Shown here one piece after another: positions 44,901-53,291 of a stretch of 64,000 bases of DNA. The position numbers were made by a program, and so were the translations under genes. The DNA is from an uncultured virus (IMG/VR IMGVR_UViG_3300034095_001075) (lineage: Duplodnaviria > Heunggongvirae > Uroviricota > Caudoviricetes): IMG/VR virus record IMGVR_UViG_3300034095_001075; one strand, given 5' to 3'. The notes under the pieces were generated by a model, which did not search any database, was not told the origin of the DNA, and saw nothing but the letters and a program-made list of their open reading frames with translations. The first letter of the stretch is position 1, and each line of letters opens with the position of its first letter.

Positions 44901-47757
44901 TTATGATCAAAAGAAATCATCAATGATGTATACTTTTGATGGCAGTAATGATAGTCAGCCACTATTCAATAGTTGTGTGCCTGCACCTGAAAATAGACAT
45001 TATAGAATATTTAGAAATAATTTATTAGGCTGTCCGTTTCATTCAAATAATGAATATACTCCAGCAAATCCACAGGGTGCATATGATACTCCGTATGTAA
45101 TAACCGGAGAAACATATCCAATACAACAAGGCGGAAATTTTGCTTGGAGTGGTAAAATAAATTGGGCAAATCAAACGGGAGCACCAAACGATTATCAATT
45201 TAGCAGAGATACAACACAAGAAAACACAGGAGTGAATTCTTCTGTTGGTAGTTTGGGGTGGATGCGAGCCGAAGAGAATATTCCAATGGTACAAGCATCT
45301 GGAGGAACTGAAATTGGTTATCAAAATTCTGCAGCTAACGGCGGAACACTAGTATACAATTCTGTTTTTGGTACATCAGCAAAGAAATATGTTGATATTG
45401 CAGCTGGAAGAGCCCATAGTCTATTATTAACGGAAACTGGTAACATAGAAACATGGGGTCAAAATTGGTATTACACAATCACCGGAAGTGGTGAAGCTCC
45501 TGAAGATCCAGATACTGGAGAAAATCTGGGATGGGGTCGTGTTGGTCAACCAAGTGGAAATGGAAAACCACCAGCCATACCACATGGTTATGGTACATAT
45601 CGTAATGTTAGATTCTTTAAAAGAAATAACAATTCTGTAAAGGCAATTGCAACAGGATATTATACTAGTCAAATTATTAGACAGTCGGACGGTTCTATTT
45701 TTGCATGGGATAGAAATGAATGGGGAGAATCGCGTCCATATCTAAATTCGGAAGGAAATGAGGGATTGCCAAATGGACCATTTAAACAAGTAAATGGTGG
45801 ATATCATCATACATGTGCCCTCAGAGAAAACGGAACAGTTGTATGTTGGGGAGAAAATACCGAGGGAGAATGTAATGTTCCAACAGATCTTGGCCAATGT
45901 CTCTGGATAGATGCGGGTGCAAGATTTACACTAGCACTAAAACGCAACGGAGAATTGTGGGCATGGGGAAAGGTTTCAGTACTTAAAGCTGGAGCAACAG
46001 ATGGTATTGCTATTAAATTAGTAAATGATACCATAATAATACCAAACCCTTCAATCGGATTGCTTCCCGGACACGAATATCCAATGATCGTTTCTGGTGC
46101 AAAAGAAATTCGTACAGCCAGTGATGGTTTACCAACAAAATACGAACCGGGTAATATGTGGAAATATGGTGGATTTATATTTGCTCCTATACGCGCAGAT
46201 GATGGATGTGCAGATGCACTTTTCATGTCCACATACACAAAGGTGCTTCAGTCTTCAAAAGCTAGCGAAGAATATGCATATTTTTCAATGCATTTAGATC
46301 CGGATAAAATACCACCTTGCATAACTCAAGGAGACGCCTGGAAAACTTGGTCAGAGGATGATTTTGTTAATGGTGAGTATAGACCAAAGCGTGTGTTTGT
46401 GAATTATGAAGATCAATTAGTAGATCAAATTCGTGGATTAGATATGACTGCTAGATTTGGACCAGGTCAATATGGTGGTATGGGTGGTGTGCTGGTGAAT
46501 GCTAAGATATGGCAGAAAGTAGTTTCATATGTAAAACTCACCAGAAAAATGAATAACAAAATTCGTGAAGTATGGGGATCTCAAGCAAACATAAATCATT
46601 ATGATATGATGAGTTTCCCTTATTATCAAAATTGGAAATCGGAATGGTATCCTACTGCTGGACCTCTGATGTGGGGTGAATTAGATTTGTTAGAAAATAC
46701 TGCAGATAATCAATCGAGAGTTTCTACTTGTCCATATTGTGGTGAATTGGATATAGATTATCCTGGCGATGCTGTGTTTAATCAATTATCTTTTGAAGAA
46801 AAAAGAGAATTCAACATAAAGGCATTGAAAGCAGTACAAAACAAGGTATTCGCCTTGGCTGCAGCAATAGCAAAAATGTGCTTATTTGAACCGGCTGAAG
46901 GTGAACCAGATGTTTTAGATTTAAGACCAGAAATGACTGTTCTTATGCCTCAAATAGATCCAAGTAATTTCATTATAACTGGATTGAATCATTATGCAAA
47001 TTCTGTACACGGAGATCTTGTAAATAATGCACATAAATACTATGCAGCAACATCAGACGGGTTTACTGTTGGTGGTGAAACCTTAATGAATAATTCTGAA
47101 ACAAATAAAAGCAGACAGATGAGTGTACATCATAAAGAACAAGCAAGAGTGGGGTTATTCAATAATCAATCATCTGGTAAATTATATTCATTCATGGTTC
47201 AAGGAGTGTGTGGATCTCAAGTATCACCACATTCTTACGAATTCTATAATTCAAGTGATCCTGCTAATGCTGGATATAAAAAATCATTTAATTATCCATG
47301 TAACCCAGAATTATCTACATGTCTTCGTCCTACATTCAATGGTATAGAAGTTAGTTCGTTTCCAATATCAGCATCTGTTGCAAATCATCAGGCAGGGGAT
47401 CGCAAATATGTTGTTCCTACTTTTCCAGAAAACACCAACAGAAAGAGTTTTTTAAGACATTCCGTGTGGGTAAATCTATGGAATGATTTCCTTGTTAGAA
47501 GCCAATTAGGTTCTGCTTTAAAGAATAAAGATGAAATTATTTGGTCTGACAATAATTTACAAAGTGTAGTTAGTTCATATTTCCCAATGGAAGTTTCTGC
47601 ACCACCGGGATATAACGATCAATTGAGACCTTGTGCCCAGGGAGAAACCCCACATGCCGGTTGCAGAGACATAGTTGCAAATCCGTACATTCTACCAACT
47701 CCAATGAATGACAGTTCGCGTATAAGGAACAATTCATTTTCAACATTTAACTGTTAG
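38986..47757 (+). CDS. giant (2923 aa) virion-associated protein with right-handed beta-helix (pectin-lyase-like) domain and RCC1/BLIP-II repeats
   Basis: YVS...GND.W.G...GP.KTI.KA, ARWPN, EELDSPGEYFID, IEYNHFH, GVYFDD, N.I..N.F; repeats AAG..H...L...G....WG.N. Confidence 0.8.
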   Translation: MQKINSFVTQTSTTDNLGPIIKDPSNVFNQVLGQLPTEPETTTTDGLPGTDIVYPPSTDIVVPELPTNASSLNYEVWAATWNRQVHEDAISVVPFVYVDNMGEWTPTPGDDYFVNTTQYNNFKTALEAIPEGRRVVQPTFWSAAPANWTWSSLDMIDYYIDRDGTEIGGRKLIWTPWQENVTADAKTSIIQFLTRCSNDGLVIDHISDNTFYGDGGQPGIWNLSMPPRYTTHNIYVSDSIGNDAWTGETSVVSGTIGPVKTIAKAALLAKTYTAAGGDSNIEIRIAGGTYRMLGTDANPILYMNSTYSAKDGRTLTFKPKSASDEVIITGSEAIPHTAFTLVNSSDPKWSRISAAAKGNVYVADIDSFDIGPGYPSMWKGDGVGSQVGYTSDLPALPDLIFNNETMVVARWPNKNNTNSSGFSLAECATIKTVVDTGTAGVWSVDRTYLTGIGDTTPDPCGEYTPAGARTTDANNDGIADCFRNGVFTYSSEYDSVISTWTSAAINDGIWLYGSWRWDWAQENYKVVSLDTVNRRITVNSRKSNYGIQNYTLCDATTGILNCPTNPTCGSYLSNPTPRRWYALNILEELDSPGEYFIDRDNEKLYFWPKSALNSNSSIRLTHRAVAGAGVKSNDTTENGFAPNGTISRIDFPYPGWEDSPFGWSGTGRAMQSRHIWNVKGGLRSLFKLYGAKNIRFEGLTFRDSAGSGIEIQLCENITVLKCKIYNIKKHAINAPGGKNVTIDSCDIHDIGLMAIINTGGNKQTLEPANKLVTRCSIKRFGRLVDTSAAIRIEGVGNTVSYNLISDGPSGVHASLGNDIIIEYNHFHKLCKNNDDAGAVYAGRNASSFNIVVRNNFFNDIGPDQDGGFIYGSFNGGCAGGSPPNTRSVTDNDKRVQGVIGVYFDDLLSGNTISQNVFYKCGRGDWGGGIGFNGGINHKIENNIFVECPSGYGDIINAKKVWNASLSGQAFYVINTEAYPWYESGGPLDRDGITTIPVTGYSPWTMPFGPTAYPSEDFRGVMAVSDIRADEYKNRAPWLHEIYNFSNSNPGTPGTITVNVDKAVLYKTQATNNVFVNCTKISHSGVVGSDPLDPSVIGGFIVNGQFESTDMTHFVNVPAFDFRLTEEGLRQIKLGIPGFSNIPFQSIPTINYVPESYTQQTWQTCAVGNGHYSCEREFSDPDALEAIVTDPRFNTTINTVNGKTFYTDFMDRYNLCKTEIDTRQRSLFSIYSNDWYVATATTAAQALSPMYGYLGDTQNPQNNMQVFPWGNSNAQAATRAWTDTVVDWGDAFYRPTMWTQALSSTGYNNVSLTQDYSYPLNNEEFKYFDNGYGWKGSPKIAKSDTNVSPPFYGELTPNALGTFSYIINPTTDDERYLFSSIDPNSTPPATTLRYSSPTWLAFLLDMRLMKAIHRSDDTAWQRFAPWIVSTDVGGEVDRYRYGPLTGDVGKQYWKEIILHSCLHGAKFINYFNGVSPENPQSTLDMHNVLEEWRTTSGNSRAQPTAVNRIAVNSSVIISGGRLLSTNQYLWRITAKPSASVTLRAFGSSTSRTDIPQTITLDSASRGAWLTTTTSVPPVYILDENTQQETTQFTYVTLMRTQLEGGLVARAHAIYGGSTHDFGSGVGFDANGKSVGGLQYMTDAGIESSGHHSGNVNWYYKNNYRLNEDGNLIPVTIEYAPGFAQVLCDGDRCYSGQGCYQAPPLHAAEWIEQMSKSGEWGAPLRPEQPFPNSTSYYASANQRNTWFPYVTLEDGVTVRIHQPFDNTKGRDTPMEFMVSGNLDTTTNMYSSFWQRSRSQGGRSDLAYDYRINVDTSDYSSVSTGWSNVVFYTLADGTLKWQTASSTYAGYPILPPNNLAVLKYKQIAVGYGSVIGLKTDGTVVGWGGVDGEVERSTAFFQQQVTFKGRTIKKVAAGAGHYIALLDDGQAVTWGSNESAQCSDPDTVWTPIGLIPIPTATNKEYITNHIPYQDFFYDQKKSSMMYTFDGSNDSQPLFNSCVPAPENRHYRIFRNNLLGCPFHSNNEYTPANPQGAYDTPYVITGETYPIQQGGNFAWSGKINWANQTGAPNDYQFSRDTTQENTGVNSSVGSLGWMRAEENIPMVQASGGTEIGYQNSAANGGTLVYNSVFGTSAKKYVDIAAGRAHSLLLTETGNIETWGQNWYYTITGSGEAPEDPDTGENLGWGRVGQPSGNGKPPAIPHGYGTYRNVRFFKRNNNSVKAIATGYYTSQIIRQSDGSIFAWDRNEWGESRPYLNSEGNEGLPNGPFKQVNGGYHHTCALRENGTVVCWGENTEGECNVPTDLGQCLWIDAGARFTLALKRNGELWAWGKVSVLKAGATDGIAIKLVNDTIIIPNPSIGLLPGHEYPMIVSGAKEIRTASDGLPTKYEPGNMWKYGGFIFAPIRADDGCADALFMSTYTKVLQSSKASEEYAYFSMHLDPDKIPPCITQGDAWKTWSEDDFVNGEYRPKRVFVNYEDQLVDQIRGLDMTARFGPGQYGGMGGVLVNAKIWQKVVSYVKLTRKMNNKIREVWGSQANINHYDMMSFPYYQNWKSEWYPTAGPLMWGELDLLENTADNQSRVSTCPYCGELDIDYPGDAVFNQLSFEEKREFNIKALKAVQNKVFALAAAIAKMCLFEPAEGEPDVLDLRPEMTVLMPQIDPSNFIITGLNHYANSVHGDLVNNAHKYYAATSDGFTVGGETLMNNSETNKSRQMSVHHKEQARVGLFNNQSSGKLYSFMVQGVCGSQVSPHSYEFYNSSDPANAGYKKSFNYPCNPELSTCLRPTFNGIEVSSFPISASVANHQAGDRKYVVPTFPENTNRKSFLRHSVWVNLWNDFLVRSQLGSALKNKDEIIWSDNNLQSVVSSYFPMEVSAPPGYNDQLRPCAQGETPHAGCRDIVANPYILPTPMNDSSRIRNNSFSTFNC

Positions 47758-47766
47758 TATTAAACA

Positions 47767-50700
47767 ATGGCAATACTTAAAAATTATAATCCCGTAATCC
47801 ATGATGTCTATACTTTTGATCCGCCTGCACAATTTGTATTACCATTGACTGATGGAATTCCACAGAGTAGTATAGAGGGAATACCAAGAGGATATAGTGA
47901 AACCTGTCTAGCAATACTGGCTGGTGTAGATTTTTCTGGTATTGGTATACGATATAGATCCTTTAAACAAAGAGGAGTTTATCAAAATCAAAGCGGCATT
48001 ACAATACCAATAGATCCGACTAATATAAATTTTTATAATACAAATAGCGGAGCTGTCGTATTAATTTCTCCTAGACATGTATTAGCATGTGCTCATTACT
48101 TTCAATTCGACGGTCTACAAAATTTTATAGGCAGACAGTTTGGATTTTTAGGAAAATCTGGACAAATGTACTTTAAAACAGTTACAAAAGTATATTGGGA
48201 TCAAGCGACACTAGGAACAGGTGCTGATGTACCGGGTGATCAGTTGTTATTTGAATTTGGTCGCGACTTGCCGAATGGAGGCACACAGGATGCATTTGAT
48301 GGTAATGATGTAAAAATTTATGACAAATTTGCAGATTGGTCTAAATTTGAGGATAAAGAAACTTTATGGGTTTTTGAAAATCAAGGAAGATCGTACAGGA
48401 TATTTAATACTTTAAATTTTAGTCCGAGCCCTGCTGTATCAACAACTCCACATCCAGACGATCTTGGTGCCTATCCTGATGGTGAAGTCCCAGTCCACGG
48501 GGGGGATAGTGGATCTCCAATATTTAAAATTACAGATGGTGGTGAACTTGTATATGCTGGTATGAAAAATGGGGCTCGGTTGGGTTGGAGTGCTGATGAT
48601 ATTGCTAGTTATATTAGTCCAATATTGAACCCTTTTGGATATTCTGTGTCTCTTTCAACTAGTGAGCTAAATCCATGTGTTGGGTATTGTTATTATGATT
48701 CTATAATCCCGGCCGGATCTCATGGTGGTGCTGGAATACATACCCTCTTAAATGCTAGAAGACACATTTATGGAATTGCTGTAGAGTATGCATCATATGA
48801 TGATATGGTTGCTGTGCCATATGAAGATTATGGAAACGATTCCTATTGGATTGGATATCATGGTCAAAATGGAAGATTCGATCCATTCATCACAACACCG
48901 CCAGCAACTATAGAAGAAGCACAAGCATTAGATAGTTCTGGTTGGCCACATAGAAGATTCTCAGAAACTTCTAAGCGTGTTCAAGGATTGATGTATATAT
49001 TAGCTGCAAGAAAAGATGCTAGTTTGGCAAAATATGTGAAAAATCCTGAACAAACTCATATCAGAGATTGGCCACAACCAGCAGCAAATTTCAATGTAGA
49101 TAGAAGACCGGTATCGACAATACCAGATTCTGTGTCGGGAGGAAATGCTGCAGCAAAGTATCTTAATTTTGTTAATGGTGAGATTGTCTTTACTAAAAAT
49201 ACTGGAATTGCTAAACTCATACAAGATAATCTTGATTGGAATTATAACAGAGGAGTTCGTAGATTTATGCTATGGCTTCCATGTGGATTTTTGTCAGCCG
49301 ATGGTGGATTTTATACATCTGCAGTATCATCTGCAATGAAAAACAGAGTATATACTGGAGGTATAATAAATCCGGCAGAATCTTGCTGGTCAGGAATAAC
49401 AGTAAAAGATCCTGCAACTCAGTTATTCATACCACAGAGTGTAGAACAAGCAAATACTGCTACTTTTAATCCAAATGGTAGATTGAATGAATGGTTGACG
49501 CAATTTGGTGCATGGATTGCCTCCCATTCAGATGCAGATGTTGGAATTTATATAGGTTATGCAATTCCAACAGTAGATGGAGTTCCTAATGCAAGTACTC
49601 ATATTGCAATGATTGATCAAGCCGGTATTAGTAGTGTGGGGCAAAATGTTGCTACTGGAAGAGGTTGGCAAATTCCAGATCCTGCAAATAACGCAGCACA
49701 TGCAGCATTCTTAACTAACGAATTACAGCCATGGATTGATATTGGAATAACTTCTATTGGATTGGATGCAGGAGAGGGAGCGTTTAATTATGCAAATGGA
49801 GGCACAATGTCATATGGTGCTACTGCTGCGTCTAAAGCTCCCGTTGGTGACTACAGAAAATGGCTGATGGAAAAATGGCCATCACTAAAAACTGTGATAG
49901 GAGAAGCACTTCCAAGAGATCCTAAAGCACCGATCTTGAATGAATTTAATCAAATAGTGAATACTACTTTTCCTAGAAAAACAGTGTATTTAACGGATAC
50001 TTCTACTGAAGTTTGTAAAGCTATTCCTGTTCCGGGCGGTGCTGCACTAGATAGCATAAATCCAATATACACAGATAATTGCTGGGCAAATAAAGGAAGA
50101 GAAAGGTATCGTAAACTAGATCCGTTGGGTAAAGACTATAGAACACCAACAGATCCAAATGGACTGGTTTATAGTGCAGGAGCATATCAATATTGTCCTT
50201 ATGTAATTCTTCAGAGTGGATATTTAAATTCTGGTGAATGGAATATTGGAAAACACAACCTAGACAATATTGGCAATTTTGCAGGACTAGATCCTAATAA
50301 TATGTGGTGTTGGTACCGAAGAAATACTGAGATAGGTGTTTATGTCGAAAACTATTATTTGTTAAGTCCGACTTTGCGTTCTTTGTATAGACGGTTTTTT
50401 CCAAATGATACTAACTATAGTAATATATGGCAATTAACACCAGCATGGCACGATCAAGGTATTGCACAGCCTACTCCCGCCATCACAACACCACAACTGT
50501 TGGGACCATATGATGGCCGACAATATATAAGAGATTCTGCTTTCTATAATAAGATTAGAAATGAAATTTTCGTAAATATCAAAAATTTCATAGAGCGAGG
50601 ATATGTTTTCTGGACAGCTGTAAATAAGATAAATTTACAATTAGTAAAAGATGTACATGCCGATGTTCTTGAATACATTACTGGTTTTGAAGTGATTGAT

Positions 50701-50859
50701 ACGCTAGATCCACTGGATGTTATTATAGAAAATAGATCATTACCTGTCTATGAAATAGAGTTGAAATCTACTACATTCAGAGCAACAAAACCAATTAAAG
50801 ATGCCACAATAACACAAATATTACTAGATACTTCTGTAAATACAGATCAAAGTACATAA
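47767..50859 (+). CDS. 1030-aa protein with N-terminal trypsin-like serine protease domain
   Basis: LISPRHVLACAHY (His), GDQLLF (Asp), GGDSGSP (Ser); C-terminal region unassigned. Confidence 0.75.
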   Translation: MAILKNYNPVIHDVYTFDPPAQFVLPLTDGIPQSSIEGIPRGYSETCLAILAGVDFSGIGIRYRSFKQRGVYQNQSGITIPIDPTNINFYNTNSGAVVLISPRHVLACAHYFQFDGLQNFIGRQFGFLGKSGQMYFKTVTKVYWDQATLGTGADVPGDQLLFEFGRDLPNGGTQDAFDGNDVKIYDKFADWSKFEDKETLWVFENQGRSYRIFNTLNFSPSPAVSTTPHPDDLGAYPDGEVPVHGGDSGSPIFKITDGGELVYAGMKNGARLGWSADDIASYISPILNPFGYSVSLSTSELNPCVGYCYYDSIIPAGSHGGAGIHTLLNARRHIYGIAVEYASYDDMVAVPYEDYGNDSYWIGYHGQNGRFDPFITTPPATIEEAQALDSSGWPHRRFSETSKRVQGLMYILAARKDASLAKYVKNPEQTHIRDWPQPAANFNVDRRPVSTIPDSVSGGNAAAKYLNFVNGEIVFTKNTGIAKLIQDNLDWNYNRGVRRFMLWLPCGFLSADGGFYTSAVSSAMKNRVYTGGIINPAESCWSGITVKDPATQLFIPQSVEQANTATFNPNGRLNEWLTQFGAWIASHSDADVGIYIGYAIPTVDGVPNASTHIAMIDQAGISSVGQNVATGRGWQIPDPANNAAHAAFLTNELQPWIDIGITSIGLDAGEGAFNYANGGTMSYGATAASKAPVGDYRKWLMEKWPSLKTVIGEALPRDPKAPILNEFNQIVNTTFPRKTVYLTDTSTEVCKAIPVPGGAALDSINPIYTDNCWANKGRERYRKLDPLGKDYRTPTDPNGLVYSAGAYQYCPYVILQSGYLNSGEWNIGKHNLDNIGNFAGLDPNNMWCWYRRNTEIGVYVENYYLLSPTLRSLYRRFFPNDTNYSNIWQLTPAWHDQGIAQPTPAITTPQLLGPYDGRQYIRDSAFYNKIRNEIFVNIKNFIERGYVFWTAVNKINLQLVKDVHADVLEYITGFEVIDTLDPLDVIIENRSLPVYEIELKSTTFRATKPIKDATITQILLDTSVNTDQST

Positions 50860-50869
50860 GAGGACTCAA

Positions 50870-53284
50870 ATGGCAACATTTAGACAAAGAGGAAGAGAAA
50901 ATACAGCAAAAGTTTTGTTGAATGACTTTAATGCATCAAAAGATCATTCGTACTTCCTTGCTATTGGCAATGCAGTTACGAGTCCCGTTGCAACTACATC
51001 GCCTACACCAGACACCATTCAAGCAGATTATACTACATTTGATAATATGTTTTTTATGAATCAAATTCTAAGATCTGATGTTTCTTTGATGATTAAAAAT
51101 ATACCGTGGCAAGCAAATCAAGTTTATGTTGCTTTTGACAAAGATAAAAATCAATATGAGTCGGGTGATTTGTTTTATGCGTATAATTCAGATAATCGAT
51201 CTGTTTATCTGTGCTTGGCCAGTCCATCAAACACCTCTGCGACAAGTACATATCCTCCTAGTTCTTTGAGCACAGAACCAGAAATAAAATTAGATGGATA
51301 TACTTGGAAATTTTTATATCAAGTCTCAGAAGAAGATTTAGAAAAATTTGATTATCCTAATTTTATTCCTATTCAAGAAATTGGAACAGATTTGTATACA
51401 GATCAAAGACTATATCAACAGAATGTTGCATCAGCAGCAATTAGAGGAGCAATAGAAGCAATTGATGTTTCTGTTCAAGGAAACGCATATGCCGGTGCAG
51501 TAAATGTCAATTTTACCAATTCTTTATATTTTATAGCATCACAAAATACAGATACTGCAGAATTTCCTATAATAACAATAGATCCTAGCGGAAGACTAGA
51601 ATTAGCACTAGCTGATGGATTTTACGATAATAAATATGTTATTTACTTCAAAAATAAATACACCGCAACAATACAGACATCAGTTATTGATTCAACAACT
51701 GGATATTTGCAATTAACTTTATGTAATCCAAGTTCTGCTGCATCACCACCACAAGGTGTAGAATTTTCTATATTACCAAGAATAGAAATTATTGGAAATG
51801 GATCTTCAGCTATTGCAATTCCAGTAATGACAGAAGATAAACTAATATCAAAAATAACAATGATTGATGGTGGTTCTAATTATAGTTATGTTGATGTGTC
51901 TGTTTTAGTGGAAAATGGAACAGTAATTAAACCAGTGATTGGTCTGAATGGATTAGCATCAGATGTGATTGAAGTTCTTGGTGCAAGACACCTAATGATT
52001 TCTAAGAAAATAAAACCATTATCGTCTTTGAGCGAGAGTGATCCGGTTGTGTATTCTGCCCCAGAAAATACAGGAATTGTATACGATGGAGCCGAATATT
52101 TGAATATAATTTCTCCAAACACATATTATACACAAATATCGTTAGTAAAGAGTCCCAAAAAATTCATAAATGGTTTAGAAGAGATTGCTGGAACAACTGT
52201 GATTGAAGTAAAGGAAATGATAATAGAAGCAATTGATCCTACAGTTACTATAACAATAGGAACAACAACCACACCTTATACAAATAATGGGAATTTCTTT
52301 GAAATTAATGATGTTATTACTAGAGGACCTAACAACTATCCCGATCAGTTCCGAGCAATAATAACAAATGTAACAAGTACCGGTTTTTCTACTGCTCTTA
52401 CTTGTTCTTTAGTGAATGGTGCATTCGAAACATATTCTGGTTATAGAATCAAAAATCTAAAAAATACAACAGAAACTGGAGATGACGAAGAATTTATTTT
52501 CCAAGACTGTGATAATAATTGTTCTAACAGTATAGAAGTCGTATATGAAAATACATACAACTCTTCTGACTTTATTTTGGATAGTTCTTTGAATGGTGGC
52601 ACCAGCTTTGCAACTGCTCAGATTGTACCCCCACCAACTGGTTATGGATTCGTACACCCACACTATCCTACCAAAGCAACCATAAAGGTAAAAAATGTAA
52701 CTTCCGGATTCTTGACAGCAAGATATGAAGATGGTGAATATATTCCTGGTGAAGTCGTTACTGCATTCCGTGTGACAGGAAGTGTTGCCTCTGTTGGTAA
52801 GAGAGGCACACTGGTTTCAGTCAGTGAAACTATTCAAACAATTGGAGATGATAGTACCGTAGGATATTCTTACATACTTGAATGTGCTATTGATAGAGGT
52901 GCTGGACAAATAAACACACCAGAACAACTAGTAGCAGATGGCATTTCTTTAGATACCAACATTCTTATACGACAAGGAACACAAGGAACTGTTGGAAAAT
53001 TAATAAGAACTGCTATTCCTGGCGGAACTAGCAATACTGATATTGTGTATTTGTATGTAAACAACTACAATGGGGTATTTACAGTAAGTGGTGATAATTT
53101 ATACATTATAAATGATTTGTATAATCCAACCACATATACAAATATGAAATTGACAGTACAAAGTATAATCTACCAACCAACTGTGGTTAGATATTCTGGT
53201 AATTTGTTATATATAAATGATGCCGGTCCTATACAAAGACGGATAGAAAATACAGAAAATCTAAAACTCCTAATCGAGTCTTGA
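50870..53284 (+). CDS. gp8: baseplate wedge gp8-like (extended)
   Basis: YFLAIG, W....Y..FD, FY.YN....VYLCL, P......DGY.WKFLY, C-terminal YSG.LLYI....I.R...E..KL.IE. Confidence 0.85.
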   Translation: MATFRQRGRENTAKVLLNDFNASKDHSYFLAIGNAVTSPVATTSPTPDTIQADYTTFDNMFFMNQILRSDVSLMIKNIPWQANQVYVAFDKDKNQYESGDLFYAYNSDNRSVYLCLASPSNTSATSTYPPSSLSTEPEIKLDGYTWKFLYQVSEEDLEKFDYPNFIPIQEIGTDLYTDQRLYQQNVASAAIRGAIEAIDVSVQGNAYAGAVNVNFTNSLYFIASQNTDTAEFPIITIDPSGRLELALADGFYDNKYVIYFKNKYTATIQTSVIDSTTGYLQLTLCNPSSAASPPQGVEFSILPRIEIIGNGSSAIAIPVMTEDKLISKITMIDGGSNYSYVDVSVLVENGTVIKPVIGLNGLASDVIEVLGARHLMISKKIKPLSSLSESDPVVYSAPENTGIVYDGAEYLNIISPNTYYTQISLVKSPKKFINGLEEIAGTTVIEVKEMIIEAIDPTVTITIGTTTTPYTNNGNFFEINDVITRGPNNYPDQFRAIITNVTSTGFSTALTCSLVNGAFETYSGYRIKNLKNTTETGDDEEFIFQDCDNNCSNSIEVVYENTYNSSDFILDSSLNGGTSFATAQIVPPPTGYGFVHPHYPTKATIKVKNVTSGFLTARYEDGEYIPGEVVTAFRVTGSVASVGKRGTLVSVSETIQTIGDDSTVGYSYILECAIDRGAGQINTPEQLVADGISLDTNILIRQGTQGTVGKLIRTAIPGGTSNTDIVYLYVNNYNGVFTVSGDNLYIINDLYNPTTYTNMKLTVQSIIYQPTVVRYSGNLLYINDAGPIQRRIENTENLKLLIES

Positions 53285-53291
53285 GGAAAAA

